DNA from: Prasinococcaceae sp. CCMP 1430
Lineage: Eukaryota > Plantae > Prasinodermophyta
Direction of reading: 5' to 3'
Length of the DNA stretch: 54,299 nucleotides
Assembly (NCBI GenBank): GCA_013416795.1
Contig: RQSC01000014.1
Coordinates: 431,400-485,698 of the forward strand
Each line of letters starts with the position of its first letter. Within the stretch, counting starts at the first letter, position 1. The notes under the pieces were generated by a model, which was not told the origin of the DNA, did not search any database, and worked only from the letters and a program-made list of their open reading frames with translations. Position numbers and translations under genes: made by a program. Shown in pieces: positions 22,105 to 33,339 of the stretch.

Positions 22105-22542
22105 ATGCCCGCCGCCGCTTCCCCCTCGCCACCACCTCAACCCAGCCGCTCCTCCTCCTCGAACGCCGCCGCCAACCTCGCGATCGGGCCGGTCATCCAG
22201 ATGGCCGAGGCCGCGAGCCTCGGCATGCCCTTCGAGGTGTGGAAGACGCGCATGGGCAGGCATCGAAACGAGACCACCCTCGAGGCGTTCAGGAAGGTGC
22301 GCCCCCGCCGCGCTCGGGGCCGAACGCCGCCCCCCCGGCCAGCCGCCGCCGACAGCTCGCCGACGGCCGCGCCTCCACCCCCAAACCGCAATTCCGCGCT
22401 CTTACTGTACGTGCTCCCTCCCTCCCTCTCTCTCTCCCCTCGCGCGCGCACACTCACGCGCGCTTATGCACGCACGAACACACCCACACCACCCACGCCC
22501 ACACCCACACGCACACACAACATACATACACACGACGCCGTC

Positions 22543-22573
<31 letters not shown>

Positions 22574-23330
22574 CCAACACCAACAACCACTCATCCTCAT
22601 CACCCGCAACACTCAATCGAAGGTGTACGCCTCGGGCGGCCCGCGCGCGTTCTGGGCGGGCACCAGCGCCAAGATGGTGGAGTCCGCCTCCAAGGGCGCC
22701 ATCCTGATGGCGGCCAAGGAGTCCCTCAACGACTCGCTGCTCGCGGCGGGCGCGTCGCCCACGGCCGCGGGCCTGCTGGCGGGCGCGGGCGGCGGCGTGG
22801 CGCAGGTCTCCATCATGGCGCCGTGCACCTTCCTCGTGACGGGCGCCGTCACCGGCGACAAGGGCGTGAGCACCATGGAGCGCGTGCGGCGCACGTACGC
22901 CGCCAAGGGCGTCCGCGGCTTCTACCCCGGCGGCACGGCCATCGCCTTCCGGCAGGCGACCAACTGGGCGAGCCGGCAGGGCTTCACCGAGGCGGTGCGC
23001 GAGCGCCTCAAGCTGCACTTCCACGGCTCGGCGGACGCCACCCTCACGCGCTCGCAGGAGGTGTGCGCGGGCGTGGTGGGCGGCACGCTCGCGTGCTGGA
23101 ACCACCCTTTCGAGATGGCGCGCATCGAGGCGCAGGCGCGAGCGGAGGCCGGCCAGAGGGCGCTCTCCATGCCCGGCGTGTTCAGCCTGGTGCTCAAGGA
23201 GCAGGGCCCGGCGGGCCTCTTCGCGGGCGTGATCCCGCGCATCGGGCTGGGCATCTGGCAGACGCTCTTCATGGTGACCGGCGCCAAGATCGTCAAGCAG
23301 GAGCTCAGGGAGCGCGGCATCATCGACTGA
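22105..23330 (+). CDS. Mitochondrial carrier (SLC25), Yhm2-like citrate/2-oxoglutarate type; exons 22105-22296, 22623-23330
   Basis: NLAIGPVIQMAEAASLGMPFEVWKTRM, MVESASKGAILM, RQATNWASRQG, ACWNHPFEMARIEAQ resemble recalled Yhm2 motifs (LGQPLEVxKT, EASTKGAVLL, RQxTNWGSRFG, WNQPIEVIRVEMQ). Confidence 0.85.
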
Positions 23331-23657
23331 CGCGGCCGGGCAGGGCTGCAGGGGGAGGCCGGCCATTGAGGGCGCTCTCCATGCCCGGCGCATTCAGGTG
23401 GCGGTGGCGAGAACGGACGCAGCGCGCGCTCCCTCGCACACACCGTCCTGCCGTGTATGTATCTTGCCACAGAAACGAAAAAAAATATGACACGAGTTCG
23501 CTCGCTCTCGTCGCACGATCGGGACCGCTCGTCCCCTCGCTCGGACAGCAGCAGTGGCGCGCGGGAAGGAAGGGTGAGCCCCTCTCTCGCGCCCCGCCCC
23601 CCCGAACAAACAAACAAGCAAACAAGAAACCCAATCGGGTTCCCAACAACAACCAAC

Positions 23658-25459
23658 CTAGCAGACCTCCTCCCCCGCTCCCTCCCCCTCGGCAGCAGCA
23701 CCCCCACCCCTTCCACTCTCCTCCTCCCCCCCACCTCCCATCAGCGCGACCTGCACCGTCTTCACGCCCCCCCCAGAGGCGTCCCTGGGCACGACCGCGA
23801 TGACGCGCTGGCCGTCCGGGAGGGCCAGGCCCGACTCGCACAGCGCGGCCGCCAGCCGCCCCCCGAAGCCCACCTCGCCCTGCTCGTCGTACAGCAGCCC
23901 CCACTCGTCGTCGTCCTCGCCGACGTTCATGAAGGGCGCGACGCTCTTGTACGCCATCAGCTGCGCGGCCTCCAGGTCGGAGCCCTTGGCCATGGGCAGC
24001 ACCACCGTGAAGTCGGGCGAGAGCGCGGCGATGTCGCGCGCGATCTGCAGCGTGCCCGCCACCACGAACGGCTTGCCCTCGCCGCCCTCCTGGGCGTCCA
24101 GCACGAGCTCGTACGCCTCCACCACCGCCTCGTAGAACTCGCGCGCGGCGCGGCGGTCCTCCTCGGCGCCCTCCTCGTCGCCGCCCTCCCCCCCAGCCCC
24201 AGCCCCCTCACCCTCCTCCTCGTCATCAAAGAAGCCGTACATCTCGCCGATGGACTCCAGCGTGCGCTCGAAGTGCGTGTCGCGCCGCGCGAGGCGCTCC
24301 TCGCCCGCGTGGCAGAGCTCCTCCATGGTGCGCACCGTCTTCTGCGCGTACCTACCGTTGGCGGTCTCGCCCGAGGTCATCACGCCGGTGGCGCCCTGCT
24401 GCACGGCGCAGTACACGTCGTTGGCCTCGGCGCGCGTCGGGCGCGGCGCCTTCTGCATGGAGTCGAGCATCTGCGTGGCGACGATGGCCGGCTTGCCGAA
24501 CTCGCGCGCGCGCTCCACCATGAGCTCCTGCAGCATGGGCACCGTCTGGTAGGGCACCTCGATGGCCAGGTCGCCGCGCGCCACCATCAGCCCGTCGGAC
24601 TCGGCGAGGATCTCGTCGAGGTTGCCCACGCACTGCTCGTTCTCCATCTTGGAGATCACCAGCATGGACTCGCCGTGCTCACCCGCGTCGGCCAGCACGC
24701 GGCGGATCTCGCGCACGTCGTCCGCCGAGCGCACGAAGGACGCGAACACCATGTCCAGCCTCTGCTCCACCGCCCAGCGCAGGTCGCGCTCGTCCTTGGG
24801 GAGCACCACCGGCAGCTCGGCGAGCGCCACGCCGGGCACGTTGACGCCCTTCTTCCCGCCCAGGCTGGCGGCGTTCTTGGCGACGCACTCGATGACGCCC
24901 GCGGCGGCGGCGGCCGACACCACCTCGAGCTCCAGCTCGGCGTCGTCGATGAAGATGGCGTCGCCGGGGCCCACCGCCGCCGCCAGCGGCGCGTGGTCCA
25001 CGAAGACGCCCTCGGCGCTCCCCCGCGCGCGCATGGCCTCGTCGGTGTACAGCCTGAACGGCTGGCCCGCCGCCACGGCGGCCTTCTCGTAGTCCGAGCC
25101 GCCGATGGTGCCCGTGCGGATCTCGGGGCCCTTGAGGTCCATGGCGATGGCGGCGATGTCCTGGCCGAAGGCCACGCCCGATATGCGCTCGGCGCGGCGC
25201 TCGGCCATGATCTCGCGCAGGTTCCGGATGCGCGCGCCCTGCTCCTCGTGGTCGCCGTGCGACAGGTTGAGGCGCATGATGTTCATGCCCGCCTCGAGCA
25301 CCTCGCGCAGCCTGGGCTTGGCCTCCGAGGCGGGGCCGATCGTGCACACGATGGACGTCGCGCGCGTCACCTTGCCCGCCGACTCGTCCGGGTCGAACGG
25401 CAGCGCGTCGTCGGCCGCCGGGGCCGCCTCGGCGGCGTGGCCCCGCCGCGCGGCCTCCG

Positions 25460-25460
<1 letters not shown>
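23658..25460 (-). CDS. PK: Pyruvate kinase, 5' end cut at a (CA)n tract
   Basis: [73 protein letters not shown]...[16 protein letters not shown]. Confidence 0.93.
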
Positions 25461-25500
<40 letters not shown>

Positions 25501-25512
25501 CACACACACACG

Positions 25513-25601
<89 letters not shown>

Positions 25602-25641
25602 GCACGCACACACACATGCGCACACACATGCGCACACACAC
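25461..25641. repeat. (CA)n microsatellite
   Basis: About 180 nt of CA with CG/TG interruptions. Confidence 0.95.
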
Positions 25642-25651
25642 TTGCTCTCAG

Positions 25652-25892
25652 GTATGCGGACGCGGCGGTGCTGTACACGCGCGCGATCGACGCGGACCCG
25701 TCTTCCGCGGGCGGCTACCTGAAGCGCGCGCAGGCGCACGTGCGCGCGCAGCTGGTGGACAAGGCGCTGAAGGACTACACGGCGGCGATCGGCGTCGACG
25801 CGGCGTCCACGTCTGCGCACCTCAGCCGGGGGAAGCTGCTCGCGCGCGCGTGCAGGTTCGCGCCCGCGCGCGCCGACTTCGAGCGCGTGCAG
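25652..25892 (+). CDS. Isolated internal exon encoding TPR repeats, DNAJC3/P58IPK-like
   Basis: ctcag| ... |gtgcgt boundaries; YADAAVLYTRAIDADP...YLKRA...KALKDYTAAI...AHLSRGKLL...ARADFERV resembles recalled P58IPK TPRs. Confidence 0.65.
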
Positions 25893-25970
25893 GTGCGTCT
25901 CGTGTGCGCGCTCGCGCGTGTACATGCGCGCGCACGGGCGCACATGCACACACTGACCCGCACGCGCGCG

Positions 25971-26059
<89 letters not shown>

Positions 26060-26069
26060 CGCACACACA
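25971..26069. repeat. (CA)n microsatellite
   Basis: About 100 nt of CA repeat. Confidence 0.95.
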
Positions 26070-27027
26070 GCGTACGCGCGCGCCCCCGTTCAAAGCCGCG
26101 CTCCCGCCTGCGCGCCGCCCGGTGTCCGCCGGGGACGAAAATTTGGCCATGGCGCGCTCTCGACACCTTCTTTGACATATACAATCACGTAAGAGGGGAT
26201 TGAAATTGGCACGAAATATATATTGGGGAAAATTGCATTCCACGACCGAGAGCGGCGCGCGGAGGCGCGCGGTGCGGGCGCCACAGCACCGTGCCCGCTC
26301 GGCCCCGCCTACCCCCCCCCACCGCCCCTCCTGCTGCAGACGCCGCAGGCGCGCTGCTGAGCAGGAAATTCAGCAGAACCCGTTTCCAATTACCAACTCC
26401 TCTGCATTTTAAATTGTATTTCAACTCCACAATCTCCAATTGACGGAGTTAGAAATGCGCACAGCGCTGGGGCGGCTTCCGATCGCGCGCGCTCCGGCGA
26501 GCGACGGACGGACGGACAGCAACCGCCAGCCGGCCGCAGGGGCGCGTTTCGCGGATGATTTTACGGGATTTACCAAACAGCTTCATCGTCGCATTTGGGA
26601 CGCACTCCCGCCAGATTCGGATCGTTTTGTGGGGTGGTTGGTTGGTCAGCGGCGCCTTCCCATTCCGACCGACCGACCGATGCGCCCCGCCGAAGCCGAA
26701 GCCGAAGCCGAGGCGGCTCCCGGGGGGCCGCCGGCCCGTCCTCGGCGGCAGCCGCGCGCCCCTCCCGCGCCTCAGCGCCAGCCAGCCAGAGGGAGAACGA
26801 GACACAACCAAGAGGGGGGGCGGCGGGACGATGAGCAAGCAAGCAAGCGAGCGAGCGAGCAATGGTGCACATTCTTCGGCACTATGGTTAAATGGGTCTC
26901 TTATTACTCAGTGTACAGACTAGCTGCGCGTCGAGAGAAGAGGGGGGAGGCATGGCATAGGACGGGGGACGGGCGCGCTCCGCGCGCCCTCCCCAGGGAA
27001 GGCCCCGGCGGTCGTCGCGCCGCGCGC

Positions 27028-28227
27028 TTACAGCAGGTCGGCGACGTTCGAGGGGAGCTCCTCGATGACCGTGTTGTAGAAGCGCTGGATGTCCTGCAGC
27101 ATGCGCTCGTCCTCACGGGCGCAGAAGTTGATCGCCACACCCTTGCGGCCGAAGCGGCCGGAGCGGCCGATGCGGTGGAGGTAGTTCTCCGGCTGGGTGG
27201 GCAGGTCGAAGTTGATGACCAGGCTCACCTGCTGCACGTCGATGCCGCGGGCGAGGAGGTCGGTGGTGATGAGCACGCGCGACGAGCCCGAGCGGAACTC
27301 GCGCATGATGATGTCACGCGTGTTCTGGTCCATGTCGCCGTGGGTGGCCGACACGGTGTGGTCGCGGCTGCGCATCTTGTCGGTGAGCCAGTCGACCTTC
27401 CGGCGGGTGTTGCAGAAGATCACCGACTGGGTGATGGCGAGCGTCTCGTACAGGTCGCACAGCGTGTCGAGCTTCCACTCCTCGCGGTCGACGTTCACGT
27501 AGAACTGCTTGATACCCTCGAGGGTCAGCTCGTCGCGCTTGACCAGGATGCGCACCGGCTGGTTCATGAACTTGCGGGTGAGCTCGAGCGCCTCGGGCGG
27601 CATGGTCGCCGAGAACACGCCCACCTGCAGGGTGGTGGGCAGCAGCTGGAAGATGTCGTAGATCTGGTCCTTGAAGCCGCGGCTGAGCATCTCGTCGGCC
27701 TCGTCGAGGCAGAACATCTTGATGGACGAGGGGTTCATCGCGCGGCGGCGGAGCATGTCGTACACGCGGCCGGGGGTGCCCACCACCACGTGGACGCCCG
27801 ACTGCAGGATGCGCTGGTCCTCGCGCACCGAGGTGCCGCCGACGCACGCGTGGCACTTGACCTGGAGGTAGTCGCCGAGGGCGCGCATCACCTTCTCGAT
27901 CTGCTGGGCGAGCTCGCGGGTGGGCGCGAGCACGAGCGCCTGCACCTCGTGCTGCTCGTAGTCGACGTTCTGCAGGATGCCCGCGCAGAAGGTGGCGGTC
28001 TTGCCGGTGCCGGACTGCGCCTGCTGGATCACGTCGAGCTTCTTGGCGAAGGGGACGATGCCGCGCTGCTGGATGGCCGAGGGCTTCTCGAAACCGTACG
28101 CGTAGATGCCGCGCAGGAGGTTCTCGTGCAGGCCCATGGCGTCGAAGGTCTCGTGCACCTCGTCCCAGGTGGAGATGGCCTCCTCGCCCTCGAAGAGCTC
28201 GCCCATCTTGGCGTCGTACTGCTTGCT
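27028..28227 (-). CDS. eIF4A: Translation initiation factor eIF4A (DEAD-box); true start probably upstream of Met 28206
   Basis: [61 protein letters not shown]. In-frame SKQYDAK before the Met matches the plant/algal N-terminal extension. Confidence 0.97.
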   Translation of the reverse strand, partial: SKQYDAKMGELFEGEEAISTWDEVHETFDAMGLHENLLRGIYAYGFEKPSAIQQRGIVPFAKKLDVIQQAQSGTGKTATFCAGILQNVDYEQHEVQALVLAPTRELAQQIEKVMRALGDYLQVKCHACVGGTSVREDQRILQSGVHVVVGTPGRVYDMLRRRAMNPSSIKMFCLDEADEMLSRGFKDQIYDIFQLLPTTLQVGVFSATMPPEALELTRKFMNQPVRILVKRDELTLEGIKQFYVNVDREEWKLDTLCDLYETLAITQSVIFCNTRRKVDWLTDKMRSRDHTVSATHGDMDQNTRDIIMREFRSGSSRVLITTDLLARGIDVQQVSLVINFDLPTQPENYLHRIGRSGRFGRKGVAINFCAREDERMLQDIQRFYNTVIEELPSNVADLL

Positions 28228-28693
28228 CTTCTTCGGATTCGTCTTTGCCGCGCAAATTTACAACGGGCGGTTACTGATCGAAGGGTACACGACTTTTTTT
28301 TTGGCCTTCACTAACTGCTTCAATCTGCTCTTCGACGCGTTTGACTCCAGCCTTTTCCCTCCCGCGAGCAGTTGGGTTTTCTGGATTTGGTGCGCTGCTA
28401 CTCGCGCGTGCGCAAATCGCCGTGGTGTTCGTGCTAGGTCCTGATCGCGACGGCGCTGTGGCTAGAACTGACCCTCGTTCGCCGGCTGGGCCCCCGCTCT
28501 TCGTTGCAGGTACTTCTCATTCATGATTTTCCTGACATTAGTGGAGCTTAACTTAATAGTTGCGATTCTCGTGGGCGCTTTCGACGCGGCCAGGGAGCAC
28601 GCCGCATCGAAACATGTACCGGAGAGGACAATCGGCGCGACTGTCACCGAGTATCGACTCTTGCGCCGGGCCACGCGCCTGCAGGCAGACGGG
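28216..28693 (+). CDS. Polycystin-2/TRP-like channel fragment (S5-pore-S6); exons ~28216-28389 and 28510-28693
   Basis: Spliced (GTGCGC donor 28390, CTGAC branch, CAG acceptor 28509): [17 protein letters not shown]...[21 protein letters not shown]...[33 protein letters not shown]. Pattern resembles PKD2 S5, pore helix and S6 (LNMFLAII). Confidence 0.6.
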
Positions 28694-30159
28694 GTGCGNG
28701 CGGGGGGGGGGAGGAGGCCAGGCGCTGGAGGGCGCGGGCGCCGTCGCCCGCGTGCGCACCTTGGGGGGTCGCTGGGAACGCTGGGGCGGTGTGGCGATGA
28801 GCCTGGCCTATGTGGCACCTCGCGGCGCGCGCGCGCTCCCCCCCCCCCCCCCCCCCCCCCCGCGCCCGCCTGCGCAGCGCTGCTCTGACCGCAGCCGCTC
28901 GCGCGCGGGGGAACCCCCCCAATACCGGCGAAAGCATCCGTTTTCACGGAAATACATTTCAAGTCCATTTCAACCCGATTCCGTTGCGGAGCGGGGAGGT
29001 GCGTGATTGCGGGCTGTGGGCCCGACCCCGTTTGTTCGGTGATGAAGACCCCGTCCACCCGCTGTTCCACCGGGTTCTTTCCCAGGTCATCCATTTTTTT
29101 AAAATCCGACTCCGGTGTGCGCGTCCCAGAAATACTTCCGGGATGCGTCGGGGGCTGACCCCGCCGAGAACCGGAACCGGAGCGGGAACCGGGACTCTCC
29201 CCCCCGCCACACACACACACCGCCGGCCGGATCATCCGCAGGGCAGGCGGGGTTCCGCGTCCGTGGGTTCCGCGTTGGATTCGTCCTTCCGAGGCGGGAA
29301 AGATTGGGTTCCGCGCGACCAGGCGGGGCGGCGCGCGAAATTGGCCCCTTCCCGCCGCCTCGCAGGGCCGGGCCGGCCGGCCGCGCGAAAAAAAAGGTAA
29401 AACATAAAATGGGAAAATAAGGTGGCGGCGACGGCGACGCGACGGCGACGCGACGGCGAGGCTGGGTGAAACGGCGGCTGAACGGAGAGGGGTGGGTGTC
29501 CCCACCGTCGCGGCGCGGTGCAGGTTGTGCGCACGTGCGAGAGGTGCGGGTCGCCACGAGGGGGGCGGAAGGGCGTCCCGGTCGCTCGCTGCGCCCGTCG
29601 TGGCCGCACGGCAGCCTGGCGGCCGCGAGCACCTCTGCGTGCCCGGCGCGGCGAGCCGTAAAACGCCGCGCGTCGCAGGCTCTCGCCACAACGCAGGACG
29701 AAGCCACGTCAAATTCTTCCGCGAGAACGGCGCATTCACGTAATGAAATGTTCGTCCGTTCCGCATGATGTACGTACAGTTGAATTCAAAAAGACATTAA
29801 AAAGCGCTCGAGCGGCATCGAAATGCGTTCCAATCCGTGCGCGAAAAAACGGTACAGGAGGGTCCGAAAGGGAGCCCGCTTCCGCGAAACAGTAGGGTTT
29901 CGCAACGCCGCAAGCGGGTGCCCGGCGCGCAGGCGCGCGGGCGCGTCGCGCGCCCCGCCGTCGTCGGTTTTTTGGGGTTGCGACGCGCACCATCAAAACG
30001 CATGCTCTGCACGCGTGGAATACATAAATACGTAATGACACGCGCAAACAGATTTATCACGCGTTATTCATATTTCTTTTGACACAATGAGAACATATAA
30101 GCGTCGATGAAAGTATGTGTGAGGTTTGGGTTTTGGCGCGGCGGCCGGCCGCGCCCCTG

Positions 30160-30303
30160 TCAGAGCAGGAAGTCCGTGCGCAGCTTGAGCCGCATCTGCC
30201 CGATGGAGCGCTCCAGAGCGGCGAGCTCCGACTCCATCGCCGCGCGCCGGCGGCCCTCGCCAGCACACCCGCGGCGGACCACGGGGCAGGGCTGGGACGG
30301 CCC
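30160..30303 (-). CDS. Last exon of an unknown coiled-coil protein
   Basis: cacgcag acceptor after a (TG)n intron; AAMESELAALERSIGQMRLKLRTDFLL* with nearly all G/C-ending codons. Confidence 0.45.
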   Translation of the reverse strand, partial: GPSQPCPVVRRGCAGEGRRRAAMESELAALERSIGQMRLKLRTDFLL

Positions 30304-30808
30304 TGCGTGTGGCAGCACCCCCCCCCCACACACACACACACACACACACACGCAACAGAGCACGCCCCGCCCCCCTCCCGCCACGCGGGGATTTTGCGGT
30401 GCGCGGATCGCGCAGATTCGCTCTCATGCGCCGCGTGCGAATCTCGCGCACGCCTGCCCGGTGAACCCCCGACCCGGAACTAAAAACGTCCGAAGCCGGC
30501 GACCCCCAGGGGAGGGGCGAACGGGAACCCGAACCGGAGATAACAAAAGTCTGAAGCTGGCGACGCCCAACACACACACACCGCCGTCGAAGAAGGTTCG
30601 GAACAAACGAGCTGCGTCGCCCGTGGTGAAAAGAGTAGTGTAAAGTGGATGCAATATGTCACCCCCGGCGGTGCCCATTTGGGGTTGGGACTCTAGAAGA
30701 ACTGAAGAAGGTCGTGTGGGGCCAGTTGTGGATCGCGCGGCGGCGGCGTGGCGCACCGATGGTGGCCACACGCGCGTGCGCGGGCGCGCGGAGGGGGGGG
30801 CGGGGCGC

Positions 30809-31163
30809 NNNNNNNNNNNNNNNNNNNNNNNNNNNNNNNNNNNNNNNNNNNNNNNNNNNNNNNNNNNNNNNNNNNNNNNNNNNNNNNNNNNNNNNNNNNN
30901 NNNNNNNNNNNNNNNNNNNNNNNNNNNNNNNNNNNNNNNNNNNNNNNNNNNNNNNNNNNNNNNNNNNNNNNNNNNNNNNNNNNNNNNNNNNNNNNNNNNN
31001 NNNNNNNNNNNNNNNNNNNNNNNNNNNNNNNNNNNNNNNNNNNNNNNNNNNNNNNNNNNNNNNNNNNNNNNNNNNNNNNNNNNNNNNNNNNNNNNNNNNN
31101 NNNNNNNNNNNNNNNNNNNNNNNNNNNNNNNNNNNNNNNNNNNNNNNNNNNNNNNNNNNNNNN
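30809..31163. other. Assembly gap (355 N)
   Basis: N run. Confidence 1.
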
Positions 31164-31568
31164 GGCGTCGACGTGGCCGCCCCGGCGCCGTCGCTGCAGC
31201 CCCAGCAGCGCCAGAAGCCGGAGCCGGGCATGGACTTCGTGCCCGCGGCCGCGTCGGGCATGACTCCGGGCCTCGCGACGGGCGGCGTGACCGGATCCGA
31301 GGCCGCCAACGCGGCGGCGACCGCGCCGCCGCCCGACCTCGCCGCTGAGTTCGCGGCGCTCGACGCCGAACTCGAGGCGGCGAGCGACGCCGTGCGTGGC
31401 GCCAGGAATGCGCTCGAGGCGGAGGCCGCCGCCGCCGCGCAAGCCGCCGCGGAGGCGCCCTCCGCTGAGGAGGAGCCGGCCACGCAGGGACCGGCCGCGG
31501 ACGGACCGGCCGGCGCCGACGAGCCGTCCGCGGAGGAGCCACCCGCGTCCGATCCTGCCGAGCAGTGA
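31164..31568 (+). CDS. 3' end of an unknown Ala/Pro/Glu-rich protein (duplicated at 33340-33677)
   Basis: Open frame from the gap to TGA; DLAAEFAALDAELEAASDAVRGARNALEAE coiled coil. Confidence 0.55.
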   Translation, partial: GVDVAAPAPSLQPQQRQKPEPGMDFVPAAASGMTPGLATGGVTGSEAANAAATAPPPDLAAEFAALDAELEAASDAVRGARNALEAEAAAAAQAAAEAPSAEEEPATQGPAADGPAGADEPSAEEPPASDPAEQ

Positions 31569-32412
31569 GAGCGCGGCGGCGACGCGAGGGCGAGTTTTAT
31601 TATGAGGAGGAGGTTAAAAAAAAAAATTGAGGAATGCATGCCTCGATCGCGGCCGCGCTCGCCAGGCGCGCTCACCCGCCGGCGCGCCGCTCGTCGCCGT
31701 CTCCCCTGGCGCGCTTGCCGCCGCTGTGCGAGTGGCCCCTGCTGCGCCGCTGCGCGCGCTCCCTGCGCTGCCGCCGATCGGGCGTGTGCGTGTCTCTGTC
31801 CATGCGCTGGCGCTCAAACTCCGCGAGCGGCACGCCCGCGCCGGGGCTCTCGGCGGGGGCGCCGATGGCCAGCTCGCCGCCCAGCGGCGACGTGGGCCTC
31901 CAGAGGTCGAACGTGCCCCAGAGCGCCTCCGACGTCGCCGCGCTCGCGCGCAGCTCGCCGCCCTCGGGCATGAGCGCCACCACGCTGGTCGGCGGCGCCG
32001 TGGCGGGGCTCGCGGCGCCCGCCCTCGCGAGCGGGTGCGCCGCGCCCAGATACACCACGGTGGCAGCCTCCTCGTCGCCCCCGGCGCCGCCGCGCTCGTC
32101 GCTGTCGGCGCCGCCGACGGCGAGCGTGGCCTCCTCGAGCTCGCTGATCCACGCGATGTCGGGCGCGGCGAGTCGCACCTTGGACTGCCACGCGAAGCGC
32201 GAGCGCTCCGTGTCGAGCCACTGGCGCGTGAGCGACGCGGGGGGGAAGAAGCGCGACTCGCCGTCCTCGGAGGCGGCGAGCAGGCTCTCCATGGCCTCGC
32301 GGCAGTCACGGCGCTCCGCCAGGCAGGCGTCGGCGCTCTCGGGCGGAATGACCGACAGCAGCGCGACGGACACGCTCAGCGGGCCCTCCTGGAAGGCGCG
32401 GGCGTCGCGGCG
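31231..32412. repeat. 1182-bp direct duplication, copy 1 (copy 2 at 33340-34521)
   Basis: Identical by inspection and by identical ORF translations at offset 2109; carries the convergent 3' ends of two genes. Confidence 0.93.
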
Positions 32413-32789
32413 GGATGAGCACCGACCCGTACTTGCGCAGCAGCGTCGAGTTCCAGTGGTTTCCCGCCCTGCGGCGGCCGGGGCGACGCCGCGGCCACAG
32501 CGCGCGCGAGCGGCGAGCTCCCCCCCCCCCTTCCTCCCGCAAGCCTTCAGCGGCGCCCGAGGAGGCCGGTCGGCAAGAGAGGAGAGGAGGGGAGGGAAGG
32601 AGCGTGGCGTGTGCGTGGTGTGTGTGGGGACGCAAGGGGAGGCGAAAGAGGAGGGGGCTCCCTCGGACGGGGCGCCCGGGGCGCGTAAAAGCAAGCGAGG
32701 CGGCGCGGGCGGGAGCGCGCGCGGGGGAGGGGGGCTCTCGCGCTCGCCCGGAGGCCGCAGACTGACGGGGACTGACGGGGAGGCCCACG

Positions 32790-33074
32790 ATGAGCAGCAA
32801 GAACAACAAGAGCACGCGCCGCCGCCAGCACGACTACGACCGCGAGCGCGAACGCCAGGCGGAGGAGAAGCGCAGGCAGAAGGCGGAGAGGAAGGCGGCG
32901 AAGCAGGCGGCGGAGAAGAAGGCGGGGGACATGGTCATGAAGAAGAAGCGCGCGGGCGAGCGCATCGGCATCAAGGCGAGCAGCAAGATCGCGAAGCGCA
33001 AGGCGAAGATGGACCGCAAGAAGAGGGAGCTCAACGCCAAGCGCATCGCATCCGGCGGCATGGACATCTACTGA
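32790..33074 (+). CDS. Small Lys/Arg-rich basic protein (94 aa), possibly nucleolar
   Basis: ATG to TGA, GC3-rich codons; MSSKNNKSTRRRQHDYDRERE...; function inferred from composition only. Confidence 0.7.
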   Translation: MSSKNNKSTRRRQHDYDRERERQAEEKRRQKAERKAAKQAAEKKAGDMVMKKKRAGERIGIKASSKIAKRKAKMDRKKRELNAKRIASGGMDIY

Positions 33075-33339
33075 GTGCCCAGAAAGTGGCAGAAGGGGGG
33101 CGCATAGGCGGCGAGGAGGTACGGTAGCGGGGTGGGCGGCGGCGGTGGCCACGCGGTGCTAGAGGGGCGACCGCGAAGAGGAAGGGGTTAGGGAGGGGCG
33201 AGCACTACTAGAGGGAGAGAGCGACAACAAAGACCAACGAAGAGGGTCAACCATGGCGCCAGCGATGATCGCGGCGCCAGCCGGGGTGTGCGCGGCGCGT
33301 GTCAGTACCAACTCGAGCAGGTCGAGCGCGCCGGCGCGN

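Noticed and set aside
26860-26925. WCTFFGTMVKWVSYYSVYRL as the S4 exon of the channel fragment
   Set aside because: Weak resemblance, no clear splice sites, and its position fits the eIF4A 3' UTR.
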